NCBI GenBank assembly: GCA_036338595.1
Contig: JAYZBV010000015.1
Location: 2,739-66,738 of the forward strand
Length of the DNA: 64,000 nt
Direction: 5' to 3'
Source: Planctomycetota bacterium
GTDB lineage: Bacteria; Planctomycetota; UBA8108; UBA1146
The position numbers were made by a program, and so were the translations under genes. Below, piece by piece: positions 20,531-30,770 of the stretch; position 1 is the first letter of the stretch, and each line of letters opens with the position of its first letter. The notes below the pieces were generated by a model. The model was given only the letters and a program-made list of their open reading frames with translations. It did not search any database and had not been told where the DNA came from.

Positions 20531-20579
20531 TGGAATTATTATCAGGAACTGGATGTTGGAATACCTGGAGGGATTCGGC

Positions 20580-21869
20580 ATGAGACTTATCAATACTGTG
20601 CTGGCGCTGCTATTCGTGGTTTCGACTGCGACTATTGCTGCAGGGCAAGATTATTCGTTGAGCATTTCTAGCGGGTCCATTCCTGACGGTGGTGGCGGAA
20701 GCCTCTCCTTTACGATGGACAACAATGGAGGTGAAATCGCAGGTTGGTCCTTTGGAGCCTGCAACGACACTGCTTTTCTCACCTGTACCGGAGCACAGGA
20801 CGGCTCCACTACCGCTACGGCGAAGAATGGTGGTCCTCCGGACTTCGATCAGATCGGAGTTTTTGACGAGGGCTTCACCGTCGGAGTGGTGATCTGTTTC
20901 ACCGGCTGCGCAACACTGGCGCCGGGAACCGGTTATGAGTTGAATACTGCCGACTACACCTGCAATCAGGAGGGAAGTACCACCGTATCGTATTGCGATA
21001 CCATCGGGTCTCCGCCTGTGGCGACCGTGGTCGTGGTGGATGGCGCTTCGATCGTCCCGGCCCAGAGCTCGGGCGATGTCGCCTGCATCGGAGTCCCCGA
21101 TCCAGAGTACACCTACTCTGCGGGGAGCACCTCTGCTGGTTACAACCCCGCTGACGGAAACGCCAGTGCATCGGTTGACATCAGTATTGCAGAGACAGAC
21201 AACAGCGGCCTGGGAGCTCCATTTCCCAACGATACGCAGGGCTTCTCGATGGGCCTGGGTCATAGTTCCGAAGTGACGGCCACTGCGGTGAACCTGTCCT
21301 TGCCATTCGAAGCTGACTTTGGAGAGGTCTCCATCTACTCAGAAGGTTGGACCATCGGAGTGGTGTACAGCTTCACTGGCGACAATGTGCTGGCATTCGA
21401 TAATGAAACGACCGTGATCACCGCAGATTACGAGACTGGCGGTAGCATGGCCGGGAATGAAACCGGGGCTACAGCTTCGTTGAGCTGGAATGGTGGTCTC
21501 GGATCACCTGCTGTGGCCAATGTGGTCGTGGTGGGTGGAGCTTCCCTAGATGCGGTCCTTTCCGATGGAAGTATCACGCTCAACCCGGTCGTGACGATCG
21601 ATTGGATTCGCGGTGACGCCAACAGCGATGACCGTGTCAATATCGGTGATGGAATCTGGATCATCAGCGAGTTGTTCCTGAATGGACCGGCGAGTACTTG
21701 CCCGATCTCCCGTGATGCGAACGATGACGGGGGTGTGGACGCTGCGGATGCAGTCTACGTCTTCACCTACCGCTTCCTCGATGGGCCGATGCCAGGGGCA
21801 CCGTTCCCCGATTGTGGTCAGACTTCGGGCCAGACGCCTGAGGACTGCTCCGATTCTGGCTGCAGCTAG
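20580..21869 (+). CDS. Secreted type B protein B1: two cohesin-like domains plus a dockerin-like domain
   Basis: Signal peptide; GWSFG.C..GFTVGVVICFTGC; FPNDTQGFSMG..GWTIGVVYSF; tail RGDANSDDRVNIGD..DANDDGGVDAAD..PFPDCG. Confidence 0.8.
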   Translation: MRLINTVLALLFVVSTATIAAGQDYSLSISSGSIPDGGGGSLSFTMDNNGGEIAGWSFGACNDTAFLTCTGAQDGSTTATAKNGGPPDFDQIGVFDEGFTVGVVICFTGCATLAPGTGYELNTADYTCNQEGSTTVSYCDTIGSPPVATVVVVDGASIVPAQSSGDVACIGVPDPEYTYSAGSTSAGYNPADGNASASVDISIAETDNSGLGAPFPNDTQGFSMGLGHSSEVTATAVNLSLPFEADFGEVSIYSEGWTIGVVYSFTGDNVLAFDNETTVITADYETGGSMAGNETGATASLSWNGGLGSPAVANVVVVGGASLDAVLSDGSITLNPVVTIDWIRGDANSDDRVNIGDGIWIISELFLNGPASTCPISRDANDDGGVDAADAVYVFTYRFLDGPMPGAPFPDCGQTSGQTPEDCSDSGCS

Positions 21870-21901
21870 GTCGAAGAAACTACCGTCGATCGGTAAATTC
21901 G

Positions 21902-21941
21902 AAGTCACCTCGCCAATCTGATTGGCGAGGTGACTTTTTTT
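21902..21941 (+). terminator. Intrinsic terminator after B1
   Basis: aagtcacctcgccaatc/gattggcgaggtgactt inverted repeat followed by a T run. Confidence 0.9.
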
Positions 21942-22522
21942 GCTTTCCTCCAGAGGGCATCTCCCAGGATCTGGCCGCATCTACCCTCCCCTCGGATTCT
22001 GGCCAGGAGTCATAAACACCCCTTTTTCAACGTGTTGTGGTTTCGCCAGGGCGATCCGTTCTCTCCACCTGGACTCCGATAACCTCGCCAGCCGTACTCT
22101 GGACGCCTCTGAACTAGTTATTTGAGATCACCCGAACAGGCATTACTGTATGTGAAGAGTTTCATGACTATCAGGACTATCCGGTAGTCGTGACGAGGTC
22201 CGATGAGTTGTCGATGGACCGATAACCCCCAGAGGTGGGTCTACGACTGGGTGTGTAGAGGCTGTGTTGGGATACCGATGCAGTCGACAGTGCAGAGTGC
22301 GAAATATGTTTTCGAGAGTCGAGGAGGGTCTGGAGGAGTTGTGCCGTCGTTGCATTCCGCAACGCGCAGGGCACTGTCACCGTAGATCTCCTGAGTTTAC
22401 CGGTCCTGGGCACTGAGCAGGGACCAGCGTCACTGGGCTGCTAATGAAGAGTAAGAATCTTGTGAGTTGCCACCGCCTGGAACAGCGAGGCGGGATCACA
22501 TTCCTTGAGGAGGGGTATATTG

Positions 22523-24379
22523 ATGCGTAGTTTCATAACGCTGTCGGTCACCGGAGTGCTCATTCTATTCAGCACCATCGTGGCGGGACAGAATTCCATC
22601 ACCATCACCGGCGGAGGTCAATCGGTCCAGGGACTCGGCTCTTCGAGTTTCGGAGTCGACATGACCAATGACGCAGAGGTGGAGGGGTTCGTCGTGGCCG
22701 TGAGCTACGACAACTCAGCGGTGGCGATCACCGATCTATCCACTGCAGGGACCGTGACCGAGGCAGCCGGGGCAGAACTGGTCGTCCCAGAAATCCTTGG
22801 CGCAGGTTTCACGCTCGGTGTTGTGCTGGATGCCACGGCACCCTTCGATGGCCAGACCATCGCGGTGGGTGCCGATCAGAACATCTGCAATTTCACTGCC
22901 CAGTCCGTGATCGTCCTGGAGTCCTCCGATCCGGATGTCGTGACCGGGTTTGATTTTGTCGATGGATCCTTCAATTCACCTGTGCTGGACAACATCCTGG
23001 TACAGGGTGGGCAGGCGATCGGTGTCGCAGCAGGGTTGATCCTCAATGGCGATACCGCGGCGATGTCCATCGGAGCTCCCCCTCCGGCAACCCTGACCAT
23101 CGAGGACACGACTGCAGATTCGAGCGGTATCGGAAGTGTCAGGATCTTGCTCGAAAATTCAGGGGAATCTCAGGGCTTCGTGCTTGCCATCGCACATGAC
23201 GGTTCCGAGTTGACCCTCGAGGCCATCGATCTGGCTGGAACGGAAACCGAGGCAGTCGGTGCCGAGTTTTCATCGATCAACACCTACACTGATGGGGGCA
23301 CGATCGGAGTCGTACTCGATTTTGGCGCTCCATTTGACGGCCAGACCATCGGTGCCGGGGTCGACGTGCATATTGCGAACTACAATTACTCGGACACCGT
23401 CGACATCTATTTCGAGGGGGACCCGATTCCGGCTGACCAGGTCGCAGCACTCGGTTTTTCTGACGGGACCTTCGGAAACCCAGCCCTCAACAATGTCGTG
23501 GTGACTGGCGGTCTCTCCATCGCCCCCGACCTGAATGACGGCACCTTCACGACGCCACCCAACGCGATCCCTGCCGAGGATACGGTGTTGTGGATGGAAG
23601 CTGAGTTCACCGGCGGCGATGCGACGGTCGGTGAGACGGGTGCACTATGCTTCTACTATGCGGATGAAGATGACAACATTCAGGGAATGACGATGACGGG
23701 TTGCTACGATTGCGACCTGACAGTCGGATCCACCTGGGATTGGGGCGGATCGATCGTTGAAGAGGTCGGGGTCGAATACCTCGCCGTTCAGATCGATGAT
23801 GATGGTGCCGATGGGGACGGCTGCGAACTGATGGTCGCCATCCTCCTCGATGCCTTACCTCCCTTCGAGGGTCAGACCTTGCCTCAGACGGGTGATCTCA
23901 GCGAAGGACGCCTGCTGATCGGATGCCTGTCCGTGACGGTTGATGACACCGCCGAATGCGACACCACCCTGGAAATCAACTGGTGTAACGGGATCAACGG
24001 CAATGGAACAGTGAGCCTCTACAACAACGTGGTCATCGATTTCGAGTCGATTCAGATCTACGAGCGCAACGACACATCGGTAAATGTCGTTCCCGAGGAG
24101 GTCTTCCAGCGAGGAGACTGCAACAGTGATAACAAGGTCGACCTTGCGGATGCCGCTGCGATCCTGGCCAATCAGTTCGGAACCTTTGATATCAACTGTT
24201 CCGATGCCTGCGACGTCAATGACGATGGATTGCTCAACATGGCGGACTCTGTCGCGGCGCTCAACTACCTCTTCAAGGATGGTGCGGCACCCCCAGCCCC
24301 TGGACCCGACGAAGTTGGTCCAGACGAAACTGAGGATTCACTGCCAGGCTGCGACAGTGACGATACGAGTTGCGCGTAA
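22523..24379 (+). CDS. Secreted type A protein A2: three cohesin-like domains plus a dockerin-like domain
   Basis: Paralog of A1 (ELVVPEIL.GFTLGVV, LLDALPPF, LYNNVVIDFES, FQRGDCNSD); GAGGAGG ribosome-binding site. Confidence 0.8.
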   Translation: MRSFITLSVTGVLILFSTIVAGQNSITITGGGQSVQGLGSSSFGVDMTNDAEVEGFVVAVSYDNSAVAITDLSTAGTVTEAAGAELVVPEILGAGFTLGVVLDATAPFDGQTIAVGADQNICNFTAQSVIVLESSDPDVVTGFDFVDGSFNSPVLDNILVQGGQAIGVAAGLILNGDTAAMSIGAPPPATLTIEDTTADSSGIGSVRILLENSGESQGFVLAIAHDGSELTLEAIDLAGTETEAVGAEFSSINTYTDGGTIGVVLDFGAPFDGQTIGAGVDVHIANYNYSDTVDIYFEGDPIPADQVAALGFSDGTFGNPALNNVVVTGGLSIAPDLNDGTFTTPPNAIPAEDTVLWMEAEFTGGDATVGETGALCFYYADEDDNIQGMTMTGCYDCDLTVGSTWDWGGSIVEEVGVEYLAVQIDDDGADGDGCELMVAILLDALPPFEGQTLPQTGDLSEGRLLIGCLSVTVDDTAECDTTLEINWCNGINGNGTVSLYNNVVIDFESIQIYERNDTSVNVVPEEVFQRGDCNSDNKVDLADAAAILANQFGTFDINCSDACDVNDDGLLNMADSVAALNYLFKDGAAPPAPGPDEVGPDETEDSLPGCDSDDTSCA

Positions 24380-24496
24380 CAAGGGATCTGGAAATTGCCC
24401 GGGAGCAGCGGTGCCCTGGCAGTGCGAACAGGTGAGTAAGAAATAACGGAGTCGATGGCAGTGCCCATCGCGAACAAAAGGGAAAGTGACTGAATT

Positions 24497-25852
24497 ATGA
24501 GGAAGAACAGTAGTCTCTGGATGGCCATCGCTGTCCTGGGCATCTCCATCGCCTCGACCGCCGATTATGTGGTGGCTGGCGGGGGAGCCACATACAGCAT
24601 GAGTAGTGGCTCCACGGCTGCGGGCGGCACGATCACGCTGTCGGCAACCCTGGATAACGGTGGAGGAGATATCAGTGGTTGGTCCTATGGAGTTTGCCAT
24701 CCTGAGGCGATAGCAACAGCCTCCAATATTGGCGATGGTGATGGAGCTGCCAACAGCACATCGACGGTCAATAACGGTGCTCCAGCGAGTTTCGACGAAA
24801 CCTCCATCTATGCCGGCGGCTGGACTCAAGGTGTGGTCATCGACTTTGTCGGTTGCTGCGTGGTCGCCTCGGGAACGACTGGATTCCTGATGGCCACTGC
24901 CGATTACACGGTGGACACCGCAGCCGCACCGGGAGATTTTTCGGTCGATTATTGTGGCGGAACACTGGGATCTCCCGTGGTGGCGAATGTCGTCGTCGTG
25001 AATGGAGCTTCCATAGCGCCGATGGTGGAGAACTCTGGCACCATCACCGTGATCGAGGTCCCTGATCCCGAGTGGAACTACATCGGTGGGACCTCTGCCG
25101 GTAACAACTATCCGGCATCGGCTGGCATCGGCGGAATGTCGGTTGCTGCAGGCTTTTCAATCCAGGAAAAAGACAACAGTTCCCAGGGCGCAAATTTCCC
25201 CAACGAAACACAGGGGTTCTCGATGGATTGCGGGAACGATGGAGCCCTCGTGACTCCCACTGGCGTCACGATGAGCCTCGGTTTCGATGCGGATTTTGCG
25301 GAATCCAACCTGTACGCAGACGCATGGACCCTCGGAGTCGTCTACGACTTTGCCGGTGGAGTCACCGTTACCTACGAAACTGCTTCAGAGGTGGTGAGTG
25401 TTGCCTATGAGGGCGTTTCTGGCGCACTCGCTGGAGTAGAAGGGGCGACCACGACACCCCTGGCCTGGAATAACGACACCGGATCGCCACCTGTGGTCAA
25501 TGTGGTGGTGTTCGGAGGAGGAAGTTACCCGGCGAATTTCAACAATGGATCGATCGAGTTTGTTGGAACCGTGACCAATGACTTCCAGCGTGCGGACTCG
25601 AACGATGATGGAACAGTCAACATTTCAGACATCATCTGGTTGCTCGCGGAACTCTTCAATGGCGGACCCGTGACCGATTGCGCCAAGGCAGATGATTCAA
25701 ACAACGACGGCTCGGTGGATGCGGCTGATGCCGTCTTTATCGCAACCTACATCTTTCTCGGCGGTGCTACACCGGCAGCTCCGTTCGGGACCTGTGGATC
25801 GGACCCGGGACAAACTCCCGCAGATTGTGTGAGTTACAACAGTTGCCCTTAG
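24497..25852 (+). CDS. Secreted type B protein B2 (most divergent B)
   Basis: Signal peptide; GWSYGVCH, FPNETQGFSM, tail FQRADSNDDGTVNISD..DSNNDGSVDAAD. Confidence 0.78.
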   Translation: MRKNSSLWMAIAVLGISIASTADYVVAGGGATYSMSSGSTAAGGTITLSATLDNGGGDISGWSYGVCHPEAIATASNIGDGDGAANSTSTVNNGAPASFDETSIYAGGWTQGVVIDFVGCCVVASGTTGFLMATADYTVDTAAAPGDFSVDYCGGTLGSPVVANVVVVNGASIAPMVENSGTITVIEVPDPEWNYIGGTSAGNNYPASAGIGGMSVAAGFSIQEKDNSSQGANFPNETQGFSMDCGNDGALVTPTGVTMSLGFDADFAESNLYADAWTLGVVYDFAGGVTVTYETASEVVSVAYEGVSGALAGVEGATTTPLAWNNDTGSPPVVNVVVFGGGSYPANFNNGSIEFVGTVTNDFQRADSNDDGTVNISDIIWLLAELFNGGPVTDCAKADDSNNDGSVDAADAVFIATYIFLGGATPAAPFGTCGSDPGQTPADCVSYNSCP

Positions 25853-25868
25853 ACGTGCTGTGAGTCCT

Positions 25869-25890
25869 CGAGCCGACAGGGGTCGGCTCG
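25869..25890 (+). other. GC-rich stem-loop after B2, no T tract
   Basis: cgagccgac-aggg-gtcggctcg. Confidence 0.6.
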
Positions 25891-26048
25891 GAAGACGGAT
25901 CAGTGCACTGTGTGAATCGAAACTGTGTGAAGCGAAGTAGTGGACCAGGTATTTTTGAAATTGGAGAAACGGCCAGTTGGAAATAGGTAGCACAGGAATG
26001 GATTCCTTGCTCTTGTTTCCGGGCTCGAATGAAAACAGTTGAGGAGAG

Positions 26049-27470
26049 GTGGGTGTGATGTTGAGTATTGTATCTAGGGGAGGAACCGTTATTTCGGCAT
26101 GGTGCATCGTTATTCTGTGCATGACGGTGATCAGTGGTTCCCTCGTATTTGGAAATGGTGATCCCAGTACCTTCACTGCAGAGAGCACCTCTGTGGCTTC
26201 TACGGGTGGTGGAACCGTAAGAATCATGATGGATAGCGGTTTGGATGTTCAGGGGTTCGTGGTCTCGATGTCGCATGATCCGGCGATGGTCACTCTCACT
26301 GGCATCGACATCTCAGGTTCAGATACCGAGGCTGCCAATGCAGAGTTCGTGGTCCCCACTGTTTACTCAGATGGCGGCACCCTGGGTGTGGTCCTCGATT
26401 TCAATGCTCCATACGATGGTCAGGTGATCCCGCAAGGTGCTGGAATCCATGGTGCGAACTACAACTACAGTTGTAATAATGCGGTGTTGTACTTCGAAGG
26501 TGATCCGGTTCCACCGTCTGAAACTTCCGCTCTCACATTTGTAGATAACGTCTACGGAAGTCCAACCCTGGAAAATGTCTCGGTCAGTGCAGGCATGTCG
26601 GTATGGCCGTCCCTCATCGATGGAACCTTCACCTGTGAGCCGGTGGCGATTCCTTCCGAAGATACAGTGCTCTCGATGGAGACAGAATTCGACGGTTCTC
26701 AGGGCAACTACGCCTATCATGGACAGACCGGGTCGCTCTGCTTCTACTACGCAGATTCAGATGACAACATTCAAGGAATGACGATGACCGTCTGTACCGA
26801 CTGCGATCTGACCATCGGGTCCGAGTGGGACTGGGCCGGGTCGATCGTCGAGGAGATTGGCGTCGAGTACCTGGCAGTCCAGGTCGATGGTTCTGATACC
26901 GATGGAGATGGGTGTGAGCTGGTCGTTGCGATCCTGCTCGACGCCTTGCCGCCTTTCGAGGGCCAGACCCTCCCGCAAACAGCTGACCTCAATGAGGGAA
27001 GACTGCTGATCGGTTGCTTGTCTGTGACCGTGGATGACACGGCAGAGTGTGACACGGCTCAGGAGATCAACTGGTGCAACAACATCAACGGCACTGGTAG
27101 CGTGAATCTCTATAACAACGTGGTCATTGATTTCCAGTCGATTCAGATTTACGAGCGAATCGACACGTCCGTGTTTGTCGTTCCGGAAGAGGTCTTCCAG
27201 CGCGGTGACTGCAACAGTGATGACACTGTCGATCTTGCTGACGCAGCGTCGATTCTTGCCAATCAGTTCGGATCCTACGATATCGAATGTGCAGACGCTT
27301 GCGATGCCAATGATGATGGGCTACTGAACATGGCAGATTCGGTGTACCTTCTGAATTACCTGTTCAAATTTGGCGATGTACCGCCAGCTCCGGGCCCGAC
27401 CCACGATGGTGCGGACCCGACAGGCGATACACTTCCAGTCTGTGACAGTGACGATACGAATTGTGGATAG
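26049..27470 (+). CDS. Secreted type A protein A3, short form: two cohesin-like domains plus a dockerin-like domain (start uncertain)
   Basis: Aligns by eye to domains 2-3 and the tail of A1/A2; hydrophobic N-terminus; first domain absent. Confidence 0.78.
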   Translation: MGVMLSIVSRGGTVISAWCIVILCMTVISGSLVFGNGDPSTFTAESTSVASTGGGTVRIMMDSGLDVQGFVVSMSHDPAMVTLTGIDISGSDTEAANAEFVVPTVYSDGGTLGVVLDFNAPYDGQVIPQGAGIHGANYNYSCNNAVLYFEGDPVPPSETSALTFVDNVYGSPTLENVSVSAGMSVWPSLIDGTFTCEPVAIPSEDTVLSMETEFDGSQGNYAYHGQTGSLCFYYADSDDNIQGMTMTVCTDCDLTIGSEWDWAGSIVEEIGVEYLAVQVDGSDTDGDGCELVVAILLDALPPFEGQTLPQTADLNEGRLLIGCLSVTVDDTAECDTAQEINWCNNINGTGSVNLYNNVVIDFQSIQIYERIDTSVFVVPEEVFQRGDCNSDDTVDLADAASILANQFGSYDIECADACDANDDGLLNMADSVYLLNYLFKFGDVPPAPGPTHDGADPTGDTLPVCDSDDTNCG

Positions 27471-27488
27471 AGCATTTTATTGGTAAAG

Positions 27489-27533
27489 GAAACCGGGTCG
27501 TTTTCAGCAATTAGCTGGAACGACCCGGCTTTC
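27489..27533 (+). other. Long stem-loop between A3 and B3 (attenuator or stability element)
   Basis: ccgggtcgttttcagc-aatta-gctggaacgacccgg followed by cttt. Confidence 0.6.
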
Positions 27534-27601
27534 AAGTAACGGTCTTGCGCTTTTCTGTTTCGAAAAACAGGCGGCGAGTCCAGGAAGAGGGTGACGTGAC
27601 C

Positions 27602-28882
27602 ATGAGAGTTTTATTTGTACCGGTATTCTTGCTGATGACCGTATGTGTCACAGGGCAAGATTACTCACTCTCTGTTTCCAGTGGGTCCATCCCTGACGGT
27701 GGCAGTGGTAGCCTCTCTATAACCCTGGACAACAATGGCAGTGATGTCGCAGGTTGGTCTTTCGGGGTCTGCAATGACACGGGGTTTCTCACCTGCACGG
27801 GAGCTGTGGATGGCTCCACGACGGCTGTTGTGAAAAATGGTGGTCCGCCCGACTTCAACCAGATCGGTGTCTTCGATGAGGGCTTTACTGTTGGTGTCGT
27901 GATCTGTTTCACAGGTTGCGCAGTCCTCGCTCCAGGGACCGGCTATGAAATCAACGTAGCTGACTACACCTGCAATCAGGAGGGAAGTACAACAGTTGCG
28001 TTCTGCGACACGTTGGGTGCACCTCCGGTGGCCACGGTAGTTGTCGTCGATGGTGCTTCGATTGTTCCAGCCCAGAACTCGGGGGATGTCGAATGTATCG
28101 GAGTTCCCGATCCAGAGTACACCTACTCCGCAGGTAGTGCCTCGGCCGGGTACAATCCCGAAGATGGGAATGCCAGCGCCTCTGTCGATATCAGTATCGC
28201 AGAGACAGACAACAGCGGACTGGGAGCTCCATTTCCCAACGACACACAGGGCTTCTCGATGGGCCTGGGTAATGGTTCAGAGGTGACGGCAACTGCGGTG
28301 AATCTGACGTTGCCATTCGAAGCTGATTTTGGAGAGAGCAACATCTACCCCGAAGGTTGGACCATCGGAGTGGTGTACAGTTTCACCGGTGGAAATGTGC
28401 TGGCATTCCCTTCTGACACAACCGTGATCACCGCAGATTACGAGACCGGCGGAAGCATGGCCGGGAATGATACGGGGGCTACAGTTTCATTGGCCTGGGA
28501 TGGTGGTCTCGGATCACCGGCAGTGGCCAATGTTGTGGTGGTGGGAGGAGCTTCGATCGATGGACTCCTTTCCGATGGCAGCATCACCTTCAATCCGGTG
28601 GTGACGATCGACTGGACCCGCGGTGACGCCAATAACGACGGCATTGTCAATCTGGCTGACGGGATCTGGATCATCAGTGAGTTGTTCGTCAATGGCGCTG
28701 CGAGCACATGCTCCATCTCGAGGGATGCGAACTCGGATGGCATGTTTGATATCGCAGATCCGACCTACATCATCATGTACCGCTTTGCAGGGGGACCAGC
28801 GCCAGCCGCTCCCTTCACCGATTGCGGTCAGGTCGATGGCCAGACTCCAGCGGATTGCGACGCTTCTGCCTGCGCTGGTTGA
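27602..28882 (+). CDS. Secreted type B protein B3 (close duplicate of B1)
   Basis: Shares long identical peptides with B1, e.g. ASASVDISIAETDNSGLGAPFPNDTQGFSMGLG and TTVITADYETGGSMAGN. Confidence 0.8.
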   Translation: MRVLFVPVFLLMTVCVTGQDYSLSVSSGSIPDGGSGSLSITLDNNGSDVAGWSFGVCNDTGFLTCTGAVDGSTTAVVKNGGPPDFNQIGVFDEGFTVGVVICFTGCAVLAPGTGYEINVADYTCNQEGSTTVAFCDTLGAPPVATVVVVDGASIVPAQNSGDVECIGVPDPEYTYSAGSASAGYNPEDGNASASVDISIAETDNSGLGAPFPNDTQGFSMGLGNGSEVTATAVNLTLPFEADFGESNIYPEGWTIGVVYSFTGGNVLAFPSDTTVITADYETGGSMAGNDTGATVSLAWDGGLGSPAVANVVVVGGASIDGLLSDGSITFNPVVTIDWTRGDANNDGIVNLADGIWIISELFVNGAASTCSISRDANSDGMFDIADPTYIIMYRFAGGPAPAAPFTDCGQVDGQTPADCDASACAG

Positions 28883-28924
28883 TCAGCAATAGTGGATTCC
28901 GGCGACCCGATGGAGGTCGTCAGA

Positions 28925-28971
28925 GACGAGATCACTCGGCACCTTCGGTGCCGATGTGATCTCGTTTTTTT
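28925..28971 (+). terminator. Intrinsic terminator after B3
   Basis: acgagatcactcggcac-cttcg-gtgccgatgtgatctcgt with a TTCG loop and a T run. Confidence 0.9.
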
Positions 28972-29381
28972 GAATTGTGCGCCAACCGGTGGCAGCGAGC
29001 CAGCTGGCGTCACTGGTCGCCCTCTTCTCGCCCCGGTGGGCAGGGTGGGAACAGGCGGTGTCGGATCGGGGTTTTGAGGCGATCCAGGCGGGGGTTGTCG
29101 CCCATCGCTGGTGATCAATACAAACAAGATGTATATGCAGGTCCGGCGACGCAATAACCGGCCAAATTCGGGCTGCATACAGGCTCTCTGGGCCTTAGGA
29201 TGCCGCATTGGGACCACGGAGGCCTCAATACTGGCTGACGAGACCGGTCTTCCTTAGACGGGGACTGTGATCGGGAGCTGATAGACATATTCATCCTATC
29301 GGCCGTCACTACTTGGCGGTGGAGATGACCAATCGATGTGGGTCAGCCAGATCTGACCATTGAGAGAGAAGGAACCCGCTC

Positions 29382-30677
29382 ATGAACAAGTTGAACGCCC
29401 TGTTGGTGCTGCTGCTCTTTTCCAGCACACCCGTGCTTGCCCAGGAATACGTGCTATCGATCAGTGGTCCTGCGACCGCAGCGTTGGGTGGCGACCTGGA
29501 CCAGTCCGCGAACTTTGATAACAATGGAAGCGCGGTTGCGGGTTGGTCCTATGGTGTCTGCCACGATTCTGCGTTGATGACCATCAACAGCGCCGTGGAT
29601 GGAGCGACGACCCTGATCGTCAAGAATGGCAGTCCGCCAGACTTCAACCAGATCCAGGTTTCGACCCAGGGTTATGCAGTCGGCGTTGTCATCTGCTTCA
29701 CAGGTTGTGCGGTGCTGGATCCTGGCACCGGATACGAACTCAATGTCGCCAACTACACCGCGGATGTCGAGGGTATCGCCGCTTCAGGCTACTGCGACAC
29801 GATCGGATCACCTCCGGTGGAGACGATTATCGTGGTCGGTGGAGCATCCGTGGTTCCAGATCAGTCGGGTACTACGGTCGAGATTCTCGGGGTTCCACCG
29901 GTTCCAGACCCGGAGTTCGTTTACTCCGTTCCGGATGTGGCGGTCAACTATGACGGCAACACAGAAGAAGCCTCCTTCAGTGCCGGCATCGAGATCTCGG
30001 AGGTGGATCACAGCGCCAGTGGAGCGGTCTTCCCCAACGAGACGCAGGGCTTCTCGATGGGACTCGGCCACGACAACTCCCTACTCGAATCTACAAATGT
30101 CGAGGTCACATTGCCCTTTGACGCCGATTTCGCCGAGAGTCAGATCTATTCAGGAGGCTGGACGCTCGGATGTGTCTACAGCTTCACGGGAGGGCAAACG
30201 CTGGCATTTGATAGCGCTGTCGAGGTCGTGGTCGCGGATTATTCGTCAGTGGCTGGTGCACTCTCGGGTGCTACAGGGCCGACCGCTACAGACCTGACCT
30301 GGGATAACACGCTCGGGTCTCCTCCGGTCGAGGGTGTTGTCGTGGTCAATGGAGCGTCCCTGACTCCGACCTTTGACGATGGAACCATCACGATGCAGCC
30401 AGTCTTCGACACGCCTTTCATGCGGGGCAACTGTAACGGTAACAGTGGCGTCGATATCTCCGACGGCATCTGGATGCTTCAGGAACTGTACCTTGCGGGA
30501 CCCAGTGGCACCTGTGCAGAAGCCTGTGATGCCAATGCAGACGGCTCCTACGATATGGCAGATCCGATGCATGTGATCTACTGGCGCCTGCTGGATGGAC
30601 CTCCTCCGGCAGCTCCTTTCCCCGATTGTGGTGCGGTCGCCGGTGCCGATTGTGATGCGGCCCGTTACTGCCCCTAG
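29382..30677 (+). CDS. Secreted type B protein B4 (no upstream type A partner)
   Basis: Signal peptide ending VLA-Q; GWSYGVCHD, VVICFTGC, FPNETQGFSMGLGHD, FMRGNCNGNSGVDISD..EACDANADG. Confidence 0.8.
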   Translation: MNKLNALLVLLLFSSTPVLAQEYVLSISGPATAALGGDLDQSANFDNNGSAVAGWSYGVCHDSALMTINSAVDGATTLIVKNGSPPDFNQIQVSTQGYAVGVVICFTGCAVLDPGTGYELNVANYTADVEGIAASGYCDTIGSPPVETIIVVGGASVVPDQSGTTVEILGVPPVPDPEFVYSVPDVAVNYDGNTEEASFSAGIEISEVDHSASGAVFPNETQGFSMGLGHDNSLLESTNVEVTLPFDADFAESQIYSGGWTLGCVYSFTGGQTLAFDSAVEVVVADYSSVAGALSGATGPTATDLTWDNTLGSPPVEGVVVVNGASLTPTFDDGTITMQPVFDTPFMRGNCNGNSGVDISDGIWMLQELYLAGPSGTCAEACDANADGSYDMADPMHVIYWRLLDGPPPAAPFPDCGAVAGADCDAARYCP

Positions 30678-30728
30678 CAGCAGAGGAAGGTCCTGAAGTC
30701 CACGGACTTCCCGGGCTTCGCTCGATGC

Positions 30729-30770
30729 AAGCGAGCCCGAAGCCAGCCGGCTTCGAGCTCGCTTTTTTTT
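30729..30770 (+). terminator. Intrinsic terminator after B4
   Basis: aagcgagcccgaagcc-agcc-ggcttcgagctcgctt followed by a T run. Confidence 0.88.
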
